DNA of 64,000 nucleotides from an uncultured Myxococcales bacterium. Lineage in GTDB: Bacteria; Myxococcota; B64-G9. Made by a program: the position numbers and the translations under genes. The notes beneath the pieces are model-generated. The model ran no database searches, had not been told where the DNA came from, and saw nothing but the letters and a program-made list of their open reading frames with translations. The stretch covers positions 50 through 64,049 of the forward strand of contig CAZWFN010000016.1 of assembly GCA_964633205.1 (NCBI GenBank), read 5' to 3'. Of the stretch, positions 9,321-18,568 are shown in pieces; position 1 is the stretch's first letter; each line of letters opens with the position of its first letter.

Positions 9321-10805
9321 TTGAACGCGCACAAACGACGAGCGATGGGAGGCTGCGGCTCGGCCCTGGTGGTCGTGGGCCTGCTTGCGATGACCGCCGC
9401 GGCCCGGTCCGCGAATGCGGAGGGCGAAGAAGAAGCCCTTGATGCGGCGGCCGGCACGGCCGCAGCCGCGCCCGGCCCCCAATCCAACCCGGCGGCTGGC
9501 GACGAAGCGGGCTCCATCTGGGAGCACTTCCAGTTCGGCTCCTACGGCCGGGTGCCGGTGGGCTCCGACCTGCAGGGCGGCAGCGGGCGCCAGGTCCGCC
9601 TGGTGGCCCACCCGCCGCGGCTGCTGGAGGGGCCCTACGCCGAGGTCGATCTGGGCTACACCCACCGGGTGCGCTCCAGCGGCACCACCTTCCACACCCA
9701 GTTCACCCTGGCGCTGGGCGAGAAGCTGTTCCACTTCGACGGCGACTGGGCCGCCGAGCTGGCCGTGCGCAACCTCTACCTGGAGGTGCGCGACGTGCTG
9801 GTGCCGGGCCTGCGCCTGTGGGCCGGCTCGCGCATGTTCCGCGGCGACGACATCTACCTGCTCGACTTCTGGCCGCTGGACGAGCAGAACACCGTCGGCG
9901 GCGGGGCGGCCTACCGCTTCGGCGCCACCGAGCTGCAGCTGCACCTGGGGATGAACCGGCTCGACGACGCCTTCCAGACGCAGTTCGTGACGGTTCCAGG
10001 GGAGGACTTCGGCCAGCGCGAGGTGTTGTTCATGGATCGCCAGCGCACCGTGGTCAGCCTGCGCGGCGAGCACCGCTTCCAGCTGGCGCAAGCGCTGCAG
10101 CTCAAGGCGGTGGCCTATGCCGAGAGCCACACCCTGCCCGGCGGGACCCGCCGCAGCGACGACGGCCAGCACCAAGAGAAGCTGCCGGCCGATGTGGGCT
10201 TTCTGGGCGGGGTGGAGGCCAGCCTGTACGGCTGGGCCGAGGCCTCGCACGTCAACCTGTACCTGCGCTACGCCACCGGCCTGGCCGCCTACGACGAGCT
10301 GGGCGTTCCCTTCGGCGTCGACGCCGAGAAGAAGGCGGCCGGCGCCCGCGAGCTGCTGCTGGGCCTGGCCGCCAACCACGAGTTCGGCGACAGCGCCGGC
10401 CTGCTGGTCGGCGCCTACGGCCGCTACTTCATCGACGCCGATCCCAACGTCTACGACCGCGACGACGCCTGGGAGCTGGCCCTGGCGCTGCGGCCGGCCT
10501 GGTACATCACCGAGCACCTGCACCTGATCGGCGAGGCCAACCTGCAGTACCAGCGCCCCAACGGCCTGTCGCCCGAGACCATGGCCCACGAGACGCCCCT
10601 GGCCTTCCAGCTGGGCATCATGCCGGCCATCAGCCTGGGGCGCGGTTCCTACTCCCGGCCGCAGCTGCGCCTGATCTACGCGGTCACCTTGCTCAACCGG
10701 GCCGCGCGGCTGACCTACGCCGCCGAGGATGCCCTGCGCGGTCGCAGCGTGCAGCACTACCTGGGCCTGGGCGTGGAGTGGTGGTTCCACTCCTCGCGCT
10801 ACTGA
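9321..10805 (+). CDS. Outer-membrane beta-barrel porin, plausibly carbohydrate-selective
   Basis: Signal peptide (ALVVVGLLAMTAAARSANA). Alternating amphipathic strands. C-terminal aromatic end (...VEWWFHSSRY). Embedded in the glucan-hydrolase cluster. Start is TTG 9321 or ATG 9345. Confidence 0.5.
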   Translation: MNAHKRRAMGGCGSALVVVGLLAMTAAARSANAEGEEEALDAAAGTAAAAPGPQSNPAAGDEAGSIWEHFQFGSYGRVPVGSDLQGGSGRQVRLVAHPPRLLEGPYAEVDLGYTHRVRSSGTTFHTQFTLALGEKLFHFDGDWAAELAVRNLYLEVRDVLVPGLRLWAGSRMFRGDDIYLLDFWPLDEQNTVGGGAAYRFGATELQLHLGMNRLDDAFQTQFVTVPGEDFGQREVLFMDRQRTVVSLRGEHRFQLAQALQLKAVAYAESHTLPGGTRRSDDGQHQEKLPADVGFLGGVEASLYGWAEASHVNLYLRYATGLAAYDELGVPFGVDAEKKAAGARELLLGLAANHEFGDSAGLLVGAYGRYFIDADPNVYDRDDAWELALALRPAWYITEHLHLIGEANLQYQRPNGLSPETMAHETPLAFQLGIMPAISLGRGSYSRPQLRLIYAVTLLNRAARLTYAAEDALRGRSVQHYLGLGVEWWFHSSRY

Positions 10806-10818
10806 TGGGATGTGCCCC

Positions 10819-12912
10819 ATGAACGCGAGCGAGCGATTTTCGTTTTTCCCGCGCTGCTGCGCCGGCTTGCTGGCAGCGCTGGCGCTGTGGGCCGGCGGCT
10901 GCGTGTCGCCGCCGGAGCCCGGCAGCGGTGCCCTGAGCGACAACGTGGTCGACTGGCGCGACGAGATCATCTACCAGATCCTGGTCGACCGTTTCGCCAA
11001 CGGCGACGCCAGCAACGACGTCGGCGTGGCCGTCCACGACCCGTCGGCCTTCCACGGCGGTGACTGGCGGGGCATCCGGGACAAGCTCGATTACCTGGAG
11101 GCGCTCGGGGTGACCGCGCTGTGGATCTCGCCGGTGGTCAAGAACGTCGAGTCCGACGCCGGCTTTTCGTCCTACCACGGCTACTGGGCCCAGGACTTCG
11201 AGCGCACCAACCCCCACTTCGGCGATGCGACGGCGCTGCGCGAGTTGGTCGACGCCGCCCACGCGCGCGGCTTCAAGGTCATCCTGGACATCGTCACCAA
11301 CCACGTGGGCCAGGCCTTCTACTACGACATCAACAAGAACGGCCGGCCGGACGAGTTCTTCATCGGCCAGGGCGGCGAGATCATCCCCATCGGCCAGGCC
11401 GAGTCGCCCAGCGAGCTGACCCGCATCAGCGAGTGGGATCCGGACTTCGATCGCGACGGGGTGCAGGCCTGGACCTCGCTGGGGCCCTCGGGCCTGGCGC
11501 CGATCGAATTCGTCCACCAGCCGGCCATCAACCGGGTGCCGCCGCAGCCGGAGCTCTTCGCTCAGCCATGGGCCTACAACGCCAAGGGGCGGGTGACCGT
11601 CTGGAGCCACCCCGCCGTCTGCGGCTGCGCCGACTGGGGTTGTCCCTGGGACGACGCCTGCCGCCGCGAGCAGGAGATCCTGGGCGACTTCCCGGGCGGG
11701 CTGAAGGACCTGGCCACCGAGCGCCAGGACGTGCGCGACGCGCTGTTTCGCGTCTACGCGCGCTGGATCGACATCGGCGACTTCGACGGCTTCCGCATCG
11801 ACACGCTCAAGCACGTGGAGCACGACTTCTGGGCCGACTTCTGCCCGCGCATCCGGGCCCACGCCGCCGAGCGCGGCAAGCACAACTTCCTGCAGTTCGG
11901 CGAGGCCTTCGACGGCTCGGACGAGCTGTTGGGCGCCTATACCCAGGGCGCCGGCGTCGACAGCGTGTTCTACTTCAGCCAGTACTACACCGTGTTCCGC
12001 GGCGCCATGCTGGGCGACGGGGCGCGCACCTGCGAGATCGAGCGGCTGCACTGCCGGCGGCTGGGCTGTGTTGCCGACCCCTGCGGCGAGGGCGCTGCCA
12101 TCGAGGCGCTCTACTCGGACGCGCCCGAGGCCCAGGGCCCGGTGGGCGCCGACGGGCTGGGGCTGAACGCCCGCCAGCTGGTGGTCAACTTCCTGTCCAA
12201 CCACGACGTGGGCCGCTTCCTGTTCTTCATGCCCGATGCCTGGCCGCACTCCGAGAAGCGCCGCCTGCTGCTGCTCGGGCTGACCTACCTGCTGACCGTC
12301 GACGGCATCCCCTGTCTGTACTACGGCGTCGAGCAGGAGTTCGCCGGCGGCAACGACCCGGCCAACCGCGAGACCCTGTGGCGCCAGACCGAGTACACCC
12401 ATGCGGTGTGGAAGGACGGCCGCTGGCAGCAAGCCAACAAGACCTACGACGCCGACGGCGACGGCGCGGCCGATACCGTGTGGCGGCCCTTCGACACCGA
12501 AAATCCCGTCTTCCGTTTCATCCAGCGGCTCAACCGGCTGCGCAGCGAGCACGTGGCGCTCAGGCGCGGCGAGCTGGTGGTGCGTTGGAGCACCAGCGAC
12601 AGCGGCGGCCAAGACCACGGGCTGTTCGCCTTCGAGCGCGTGCATCCCGACGAGCGGTTGCTGGTGCTGCTCAACCTCGACGCCCGCCACCTGCCGGCCA
12701 GCCCCTCGGACCAGGCCCCGGCGGCGCGCTCCGCCCGCGACGGCGCCCTGATGCCCGTCGGCTTCGCCCCCGGCACCCGCCTGGTCGATCTGCTGCATCC
12801 CGACTACGCGGTGACGGTCGGCGACAGCGGCTGCACGGCCGCAGCCGGCCAGGGCTGCCTGGACGCCACCGTCCCGGCCCACGCCGCCCGCATCCTGGCG
12901 CCGGGCTCTTGA
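10819..12912 (+). CDS. GH13 alpha-amylase family lipoprotein
   Basis: MNASERFSFF... then lipobox WAGGC. DEIIYQILVDRFANGD, GGDWRGIRDKLDYLEALGVTALWISP, YHGYWAQDF, GFKVILDIVTNHVG, GFRIDTLKHV and FLSNHDVGRF are canonical GH13 regions. Confidence 0.8.
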   Translation: MNASERFSFFPRCCAGLLAALALWAGGCVSPPEPGSGALSDNVVDWRDEIIYQILVDRFANGDASNDVGVAVHDPSAFHGGDWRGIRDKLDYLEALGVTALWISPVVKNVESDAGFSSYHGYWAQDFERTNPHFGDATALRELVDAAHARGFKVILDIVTNHVGQAFYYDINKNGRPDEFFIGQGGEIIPIGQAESPSELTRISEWDPDFDRDGVQAWTSLGPSGLAPIEFVHQPAINRVPPQPELFAQPWAYNAKGRVTVWSHPAVCGCADWGCPWDDACRREQEILGDFPGGLKDLATERQDVRDALFRVYARWIDIGDFDGFRIDTLKHVEHDFWADFCPRIRAHAAERGKHNFLQFGEAFDGSDELLGAYTQGAGVDSVFYFSQYYTVFRGAMLGDGARTCEIERLHCRRLGCVADPCGEGAAIEALYSDAPEAQGPVGADGLGLNARQLVVNFLSNHDVGRFLFFMPDAWPHSEKRRLLLLGLTYLLTVDGIPCLYYGVEQEFAGGNDPANRETLWRQTEYTHAVWKDGRWQQANKTYDADGDGAADTVWRPFDTENPVFRFIQRLNRLRSEHVALRRGELVVRWSTSDSGGQDHGLFAFERVHPDERLLVLLNLDARHLPASPSDQAPAARSARDGALMPVGFAPGTRLVDLLHPDYAVTVGDSGCTAAAGQGCLDATVPAHAARILAPGS

Positions 12913-12955
12913 TGTGTCCGCTAAGCTTCTTCCTGGAGCGAGGAGGGCAGGGACC

Positions 12956-14395
12956 ATGAAGATGGCATTGTTGCTGGTGGGATTCACCGCCCCACTGGTG
13001 CTGGGCTGCGCTGGCGGCGGTAAGGACGATCGCGACGCCGGCCAGCCCTGGCCCGGATGCCCGGGCGGCGACGCCGCGGAAAGCCTGGCGGCCAAGGCGG
13101 CGGCTTTCGACCGGGTGGCGGCCGAGCGGCACCTGGGGCCGGATCGGTTGCTGCGCAATGTCTACTTGACCGCGGACCTGACGGGCGTTGCCAAATACCA
13201 GCACGTGGAGAACGTCATCCTGTGGAGCGGCATGTACCTGGCCTCCCAGGCCTTTCGCTATGCCGTCACCGGCGCTGCCGCCGCCCAGGACAACGCCCGC
13301 CGGGTGCTGCTCGGCCTGACCGATCTGACCCGGGTCACCGGCGTGACCGGCCTCTACGGGCGCTCGCTGGATCGGCCGGACGTGCGCTACAATTTCGACG
13401 GCCGGGGCAGCGCGGGCTGGACCGACTCGAACGCCGCGGACTACCCGGGCTGGGCCTTCCGCAACGACGTGTCCAAGGACGGCTACGCCGGTTTGATGTT
13501 CGGCTACGCGGCCGCCATGGAGCACTTCGACGATCCCCAGCTGCTGGCGCAGGTGCGCGCCCGGCTGCGCGAGGTGGCCGACCATCTGCTGGGCAACGGG
13601 CTGCAGATCGTGGACAGCGACGGTCAGGTGACCGAGCACGGCGCGTTGTACCACACCGCCTTCGACGACTACCCGGGCTTCAACGCCATGCTGGCCTCGT
13701 CCTGGATCAAGGTGGCCGCGTACGAGCTGCAGGACCAGGCGCTGGACGATTTCTACTACGGCTGTCTGATGGGGATGCGCGCCAGGGTGGATTGCCCGGA
13801 CATCGAGGAGATGGACTTCGGCACCTACATCGAGAGCATGGAGGACTACCTGTTCTTGTTCCAGCCCGACTGCAAGCAGAACTACGACAACTTCGACATG
13901 TGCTACCAGGCCATCTACCCGCTGCTGCGCCGCGAGCAGGATCCGCAGCTGCGCAGCCGGCTGCTCGATGTGCTCGAAAGCGAGATGTTCCACACCGCCG
14001 ATGCCCGCTACCAGAGCATGGCCGAGATCGGCTGGGCTTTTTTCACCTACGCCTACGTGGCCCTGTCCGGGGTCCGGGCGGGGCAGGACCCGGTCATCGA
14101 CCGGGCGGTGGAGCTGGCCGCCTGCAATCTGATCGCCTTCCCGGCCGAGAAGGTCGAGCGGCCCATCCCGGCCGGCACGCAGCCCGAAGTCTGCCGCACC
14201 CGGCTGGACGAGCCGGCCGCGGCCGAGCCCATCCCGCTGGCCGAGTACCGCTTCGACAATTACCTGTGGCGGCTGGACCCGTTTGAAATCCAGCAAGGCC
14301 ACCCGGGGGATGAACGCCAGCTCTACTCCCCCGAGGATTACCTGGTGGCCTACTGGCTCGGACGTCTGCATGGCATCCTGAGCGAAGACATGTAG
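12956..14395 (+). CDS. Hypothetical lipoprotein, no recognisable domain; last gene of the glucan locus
   Basis: GGAGG RBS. MKMALLLVGFTAPLVLGC lipobox. Coding-like composition, no family recognised. Confidence 0.55.
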   Translation: MKMALLLVGFTAPLVLGCAGGGKDDRDAGQPWPGCPGGDAAESLAAKAAAFDRVAAERHLGPDRLLRNVYLTADLTGVAKYQHVENVILWSGMYLASQAFRYAVTGAAAAQDNARRVLLGLTDLTRVTGVTGLYGRSLDRPDVRYNFDGRGSAGWTDSNAADYPGWAFRNDVSKDGYAGLMFGYAAAMEHFDDPQLLAQVRARLREVADHLLGNGLQIVDSDGQVTEHGALYHTAFDDYPGFNAMLASSWIKVAAYELQDQALDDFYYGCLMGMRARVDCPDIEEMDFGTYIESMEDYLFLFQPDCKQNYDNFDMCYQAIYPLLRREQDPQLRSRLLDVLESEMFHTADARYQSMAEIGWAFFTYAYVALSGVRAGQDPVIDRAVELAACNLIAFPAEKVERPIPAGTQPEVCRTRLDEPAAAEPIPLAEYRFDNYLWRLDPFEIQQGHPGDERQLYSPEDYLVAYWLGRLHGILSEDM

Positions 14396-16495
14396 TCAAA
14401 GATCCCCGGCGGAGCGGCTCGTCGCTGCTGTCTCGTTCTCGACCAGGGCGGCGATGGCGTTGACCGAGTCGAAGTCGTACTGGTTGAAGCCGGCGGCGGC
14501 GAAGTCCAGGCCGTAGCGCTCCTCGAGCTGGGCGGCCAGATCCACCACCTTGAGCGAGTCCAGCCGGCCGCTGAGGACCAGCGAGTCGTCGTCGCCGAAG
14601 CGCGGCTCGACCTCGACCCGGGCCAGCTGTTGGCGCACCATGGCGCGGATGCGTTGGCGCAAATCGTCGCCCGGGTCTTCGCCGGCCTGCTGCGGGGTCG
14701 AGCGGATGGCCGCCTCGATGTCCGCCAGGCTGCGCAGCTCGGCGGCGATGCGGGCCAGGGCCGTGACCGGGTCGGTTTTTCCGGGCGCTTCGGGCGCTTC
14801 GGATGCTGCGGGCCGGCTGCGGCCGTCCGTGGCCTCCGCCGCGGCTGCCGAGTCCGGATCGTCCGGCTCGCCGGCGCGCTGCGGATCGAAGCGCAGCGCG
14901 GCCGCCTCGCGGCTGGCCAGCGTGCGCCCGCGGCGGCCGTCGGCCAGCTCGCCGTCGGCGCCGGGCAGCGCGGCCAAAAACTGGCGCGCCGGCGCATTGC
15001 GCTCGGTGGCGGTGTACGGGATGACGATGGTCTCGGCGCCGGCCGCTGCGGCCAGCTCGCCGGCGCGGGCCAGCATGCGCTGCTCGACGCCGCGGCCCAG
15101 GGCGCGGCAGGACAGCAGCAGGGTCTCCAGCACCCAGGCGTCCGCTGCGGCGGCGGCGATCAGGACGCCGACCAGGCCGTAGTCGCCGAAGCGGTCGCGC
15201 ACCCGGGTGACCAGGCAATGCGTGCCGGGGGCGGCCAGCAGCTCGGCGACCTCGGCCTGGCTGCGCCGGATCCCGGCGCAGTGGAACTGGTTGGTGCGTT
15301 GGGTCAGCTGGGCGATGCGGGGCAGGTCCCCGGTCGCGGCCGGGTCGATGCGCACCTCGAGCTCGAGCCCGGCCAGGAAATCGGCCAGCGAGGCCGAGCG
15401 CGCGCGCAGCCGGCGGCGCGCCAGCTGGTGGCGGTAGAGTTCGGTGCGCCGGCCGTCCTCGGCGGTGCTGGGACCGCGGTCCAGCGCCCAGCTGGCGTCG
15501 AGGAATGCGGGGATGTCCGCGTCCGCCGCGGGCAGCTGCAAACACAGCACCTGCGGCAGGGCGGCGGTGACTTCGGCGCACTCGATGGGCGAGTCGTCGA
15601 TGAAGACGAAGGAGTCGAGGCCCAGCTCGAGCTCGTCGGCCAGGGCGATCAGGTTGCTGGACTTGGGCTGCCAGTTCACGCGCCAGGCGGTGATTCGATC
15701 GAGGCCCAGGCGCATGTCCGGGTGGTTCTCGAACACGGCCCGCACGTCGGCCTCGCTGTTCTTGCTGCACAGGCAGACCAGGAACCCGGCCGCCGCCCGT
15801 TCGGCCAGCAAGGACTGCAGCCGGGCGTGGCCCGGCTCGATGGTCACGCCCCGCGGCCCGTCCTCGGCGCACACGCCGCGCCACAGGGTGTTGTCGCAGT
15901 CCACCGCGATGACCTTGTAGGGCCGCTGCAGCAGGCTGAACAGCCGCCGCAGCAGCAGGGTTCCCAGGGCGGTGAACAGGCTGTCGCTGTAGGGGATGTG
16001 GGCCAGCGCATCGCGTCGCGGATCGTGGATGCGCGCGACCGGATAGGCCGCCAGCAGCGTGTCCGAGCGCACCGGGTGGACGCCCTCGATGGCGGCCAGG
16101 CGCCGGCAGAGCCCGTCCTCCAGCGCGGCGTAGTCACCGGCCCGCCGGCGGGCGCCGTCGGTCGGCGGGCAGAACAGCACCAGCAGGGGGGTGGCCCGCC
16201 GCCCGGCGCAGCTGGCCACCGCCGACAGGAACTCGTCCTGATCGCTGGCGCTCAGCGGCGGGCCGCGGCGCAGCCAGCCGCGGCGGCGGAACCAGTCCTC
16301 GAGCCGGATCAGCAGCGCGTTGGCGCCGCCGGTGTTGCGGCTCAGAGGGCTGGCCGGATCCAGCAGCTGTTGGAAGACCTGGTTGTAGGCGGCGATCTCG
16401 AGCTCGAGATCGAGTCCCAGCTGCTCGCTCCAGAAGGCGATGACCGGCCGGATCGGATCGGCGGTGAAGGTGGCGGACAGCACCAGGCGGCTCAT
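14396..16495 (-). CDS. FkbH-like HAD-superfamily IIIC phosphatase domain with an N-terminal extension (~190 aa) and a C-terminal acyl/peptidyl carrier protein domain
   Basis: KVIAVDCDNTLWRGV (HAD motif I, DxDxT) and FIDDSPIECAEV are typical of the FkbH-like domain. C-terminus LVLSGRLDSLKVVDLAAQLEERYGLDF carries the DSL phosphopantetheine-attachment motif. ATG at 16495. Confidence 0.8.
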   Translation of the reverse strand: MSRLVLSATFTADPIRPVIAFWSEQLGLDLELEIAAYNQVFQQLLDPASPLSRNTGGANALLIRLEDWFRRRGWLRRGPPLSASDQDEFLSAVASCAGRRATPLLVLFCPPTDGARRRAGDYAALEDGLCRRLAAIEGVHPVRSDTLLAAYPVARIHDPRRDALAHIPYSDSLFTALGTLLLRRLFSLLQRPYKVIAVDCDNTLWRGVCAEDGPRGVTIEPGHARLQSLLAERAAAGFLVCLCSKNSEADVRAVFENHPDMRLGLDRITAWRVNWQPKSSNLIALADELELGLDSFVFIDDSPIECAEVTAALPQVLCLQLPAADADIPAFLDASWALDRGPSTAEDGRRTELYRHQLARRRLRARSASLADFLAGLELEVRIDPAATGDLPRIAQLTQRTNQFHCAGIRRSQAEVAELLAAPGTHCLVTRVRDRFGDYGLVGVLIAAAAADAWVLETLLLSCRALGRGVEQRMLARAGELAAAAGAETIVIPYTATERNAPARQFLAALPGADGELADGRRGRTLASREAAALRFDPQRAGEPDDPDSAAAAEATDGRSRPAASEAPEAPGKTDPVTALARIAAELRSLADIEAAIRSTPQQAGEDPGDDLRQRIRAMVRQQLARVEVEPRFGDDDSLVLSGRLDSLKVVDLAAQLEERYGLDFAAAGFNQYDFDSVNAIAALVENETAATSRSAGDL

Positions 16496-16521
16496 GGCGG
16501 CGGCCTCCCGCGATCACGCTC

Positions 16522-17994
16522 TCACAGCCCGACCAGGCTGAGCAAGAGATCCAGGTTCAGGCGCAGATCGGTCGACTGGTAGGGCACGTAGAAGATCGAC
16601 AGCAGGCAGTAGAAGCCGAGCACGCCCGCCGGGGCGCACACCCGCCGCCGCAGCCAGTGGCTGCCCGCCAGCCGCTCCCGGCTGCGCAGCTGGCTGAGCC
16701 CGATGGCGCAGCCGAGCGCCAGCCCGTAGACCACGTAGACGTGCATGCGGCCCAGCGCCACCAGCGTGCCGTGGCGGGCCACCTCGGCCGGCAGGGCCAG
16801 GAAGTGGTAGAGGATGTTGCCCAGCCCGGCCGCGGCCAGCGTGGCGCAGAACAGGCGCAGCCGGGGATGGCCCTTGAAGAGGCGGAAATAGACCGGGTAG
16901 AAGAAGAACTCGACCAGCAGCTCCTTGAAGTAGTAGTAGTAGCGGTTCCAGAACTCGGCGATGCTGGTCGCCTGCAAGGGCTTGTAGGTGTTGCGCAGGG
17001 CCCGGAAGCCGGCCATGCGGCAGATGGCGATGACCGTGTGGCCCCAGATCGACAGCTCCAGCAAGGTGTGAAAAAAGTTGAACACCACCGCGGCCCAGGC
17101 GGCCGCCGGCGAGAGCGCCCGGCCGGCCGCGCAGGCGGCCAGGGCGCCGTCCATGTCGGCGATCGGCAGCCTTTTGGCCAGCAGGTTCATCGCCCCCAGC
17201 AGCCCGGTCAGCAGCAGCGCCCACCAGAGCAGCTTGAGGCCCTTGAGCTGGGTGACCGCCAGCTGCTCGGCGTCGCGGGCCTCGATCTGGCGCAGGTAGG
17301 CGGCGCCCTTGGGAAAGGGCGTCGGGGTGCCGCCGCCCCAGAAGGGCTGCCAGTGTCCCAGCTGCAGCAGGTGGCCGCCCGCGCCCGCGGCCGGGGCCCG
17401 GCGATCGAGCAGGGCGTAGCCGATGAACCACAGGTAGCTCAGCAGCGGCAGCACCGCGGCCCACAGCCCCAGGGCGACCGCCGGCGGCAAGTGCAGATCG
17501 GCGGCCGCCACCAGCAGGCCACCCGTAACGACCAGCAGCAGCAGCAGCGGCCGGCGCAGCAGCGGGGCGCGCGGATGGCGGCGGACCAGCCAGACCAGGG
17601 CCAGGCCGAACAGCAGCACCAGCCCCAGCCCGCCGATCTGCATGGCCGGCTGGGGCAGCACCAGGGGCTCGCCCAGCGCCTCGGCCCGGGCGGCCAGCAC
17701 GGGCCAGGCCACCCGCTCCAGGCGCAAGGTCCAGGCCAGGGTGCCCAGCAGCAGCCAAAGCCGGCGCTGCCGCGGCCAGAATGTCATCAAGGCCAGCGTG
17801 ACGGAGATCTGGGCAACCGCGTCGGGGGGCAGCAGCCTGGCGATCAGCAGACCCGAAAAGAGGATCAGCAGCACGGCCCGGCCGCCTGCGGACTGGGCGA
17901 ACAGGACCAGGCGCGGGTTGGCGTCGATGTCGACCAGCCGCCTGAAACGGGAGGGGCTCATCGGCTGGCATGGTAGCCAGCCGGCTTCGGGCAA
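16522..17994 (-). CDS. MBOAT family membrane-bound O-acyltransferase (DltB/AlgI-like)
   Basis: Multi-TM protein. FNFFHTLLELSIWGH (conserved His) and RNTYKPLQATSIAEFWNRYYYYFKELLVEFFFYP are MBOAT signatures. TTG start at 17994 or ATG at 17961. Confidence 0.8.
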   Translation of the reverse strand: MPEAGWLPCQPMSPSRFRRLVDIDANPRLVLFAQSAGGRAVLLILFSGLLIARLLPPDAVAQISVTLALMTFWPRQRRLWLLLGTLAWTLRLERVAWPVLAARAEALGEPLVLPQPAMQIGGLGLVLLFGLALVWLVRRHPRAPLLRRPLLLLLVVTGGLLVAAADLHLPPAVALGLWAAVLPLLSYLWFIGYALLDRRAPAAGAGGHLLQLGHWQPFWGGGTPTPFPKGAAYLRQIEARDAEQLAVTQLKGLKLLWWALLLTGLLGAMNLLAKRLPIADMDGALAACAAGRALSPAAAWAAVVFNFFHTLLELSIWGHTVIAICRMAGFRALRNTYKPLQATSIAEFWNRYYYYFKELLVEFFFYPVYFRLFKGHPRLRLFCATLAAAGLGNILYHFLALPAEVARHGTLVALGRMHVYVVYGLALGCAIGLSQLRSRERLAGSHWLRRRVCAPAGVLGFYCLLSIFYVPYQSTDLRLNLDLLLSLVGL

Positions 17995-18018
17995 GCAAGC
18001 GGCGAATGGGGGGATCGA

Positions 18019-18534
18019 TCAGAAGGGAGCGAAGCCGCCGGCGGCCCAGTAGTCCTGCTTCAGGCTGTCGTGCTGGCGCAGCAGCGCATCGTAGTGGCCG
18101 GCCTCCCAGCGCGCCAGGTGATCGTAGAAGCGGCGGATGTTCTCGTCGCCGGCCTTTTCGGCCTGCTCCCGGTAGTAGCGCTCGGAGTTGATCTCCAGCT
18201 GGATGCCGATCGACAGCGCGCTCATCTCGTAGTGCGCGTCGCCGATGCGCCCCTTGAGTCGGTCGGAGAAGATCGGGTTGGGCCCGGACAGATCGGCCGG
18301 CGTGCCCAGCTCGGCCTGGGGGTCGATTTCGCCGCGCTCGATGAGCGATTGGCGCTGGTGCTGCAAAAAGCGCAGGTGATCCAGCTCTTCGCCGGCCAGG
18401 CGTTGGAAGACCTGCTGGCCCTTGGGATCGGAGGTGGCCCGGGAGGCCATCTGGTAGAAGTGGTGGCCGTCGGTCTCGGTGCGCATGGCGTGCTCCAGCC
18501 CGGCGACGATCTCCTTGCGTGCTTCGGCGTCCAT
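18019..18534 (-). CDS. Rubrerythrin/ferritin-like diiron protein
   Basis: MDAEARKEIVAGLEHAMRTETDGHHFYQMAS...GEELDHLRFL...ERYYREQA: paired ExxH-type ferritin-like motifs. Confidence 0.7.
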   Translation of the reverse strand: MDAEARKEIVAGLEHAMRTETDGHHFYQMASRATSDPKGQQVFQRLAGEELDHLRFLQHQRQSLIERGEIDPQAELGTPADLSGPNPIFSDRLKGRIGDAHYEMSALSIGIQLEINSERYYREQAEKAGDENIRRFYDHLARWEAGHYDALLRQHDSLKQDYWAAGGFAPF

Positions 18535-18568
18535 CGCGAATGCTCCCGCCTCGGCTGGCCCTTGGGGC

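Noticed and set aside
14550-16582. 650-aa plus-strand ORF and smaller ones antisense to the FkbH-ACP and MBOAT genes
   Set aside because: No domain signal, Gly/Ala/Arg-rich. The opposite strand carries clear HAD IIIC, carrier-protein and MBOAT motifs.
16514-17998. 494-aa minus-strand ORF overlapping the MBOAT in another frame
   Set aside because: Pro/Arg/Gly-rich. The co-located frame with MBOAT His and WNRYYYYFKE motifs is the real gene.
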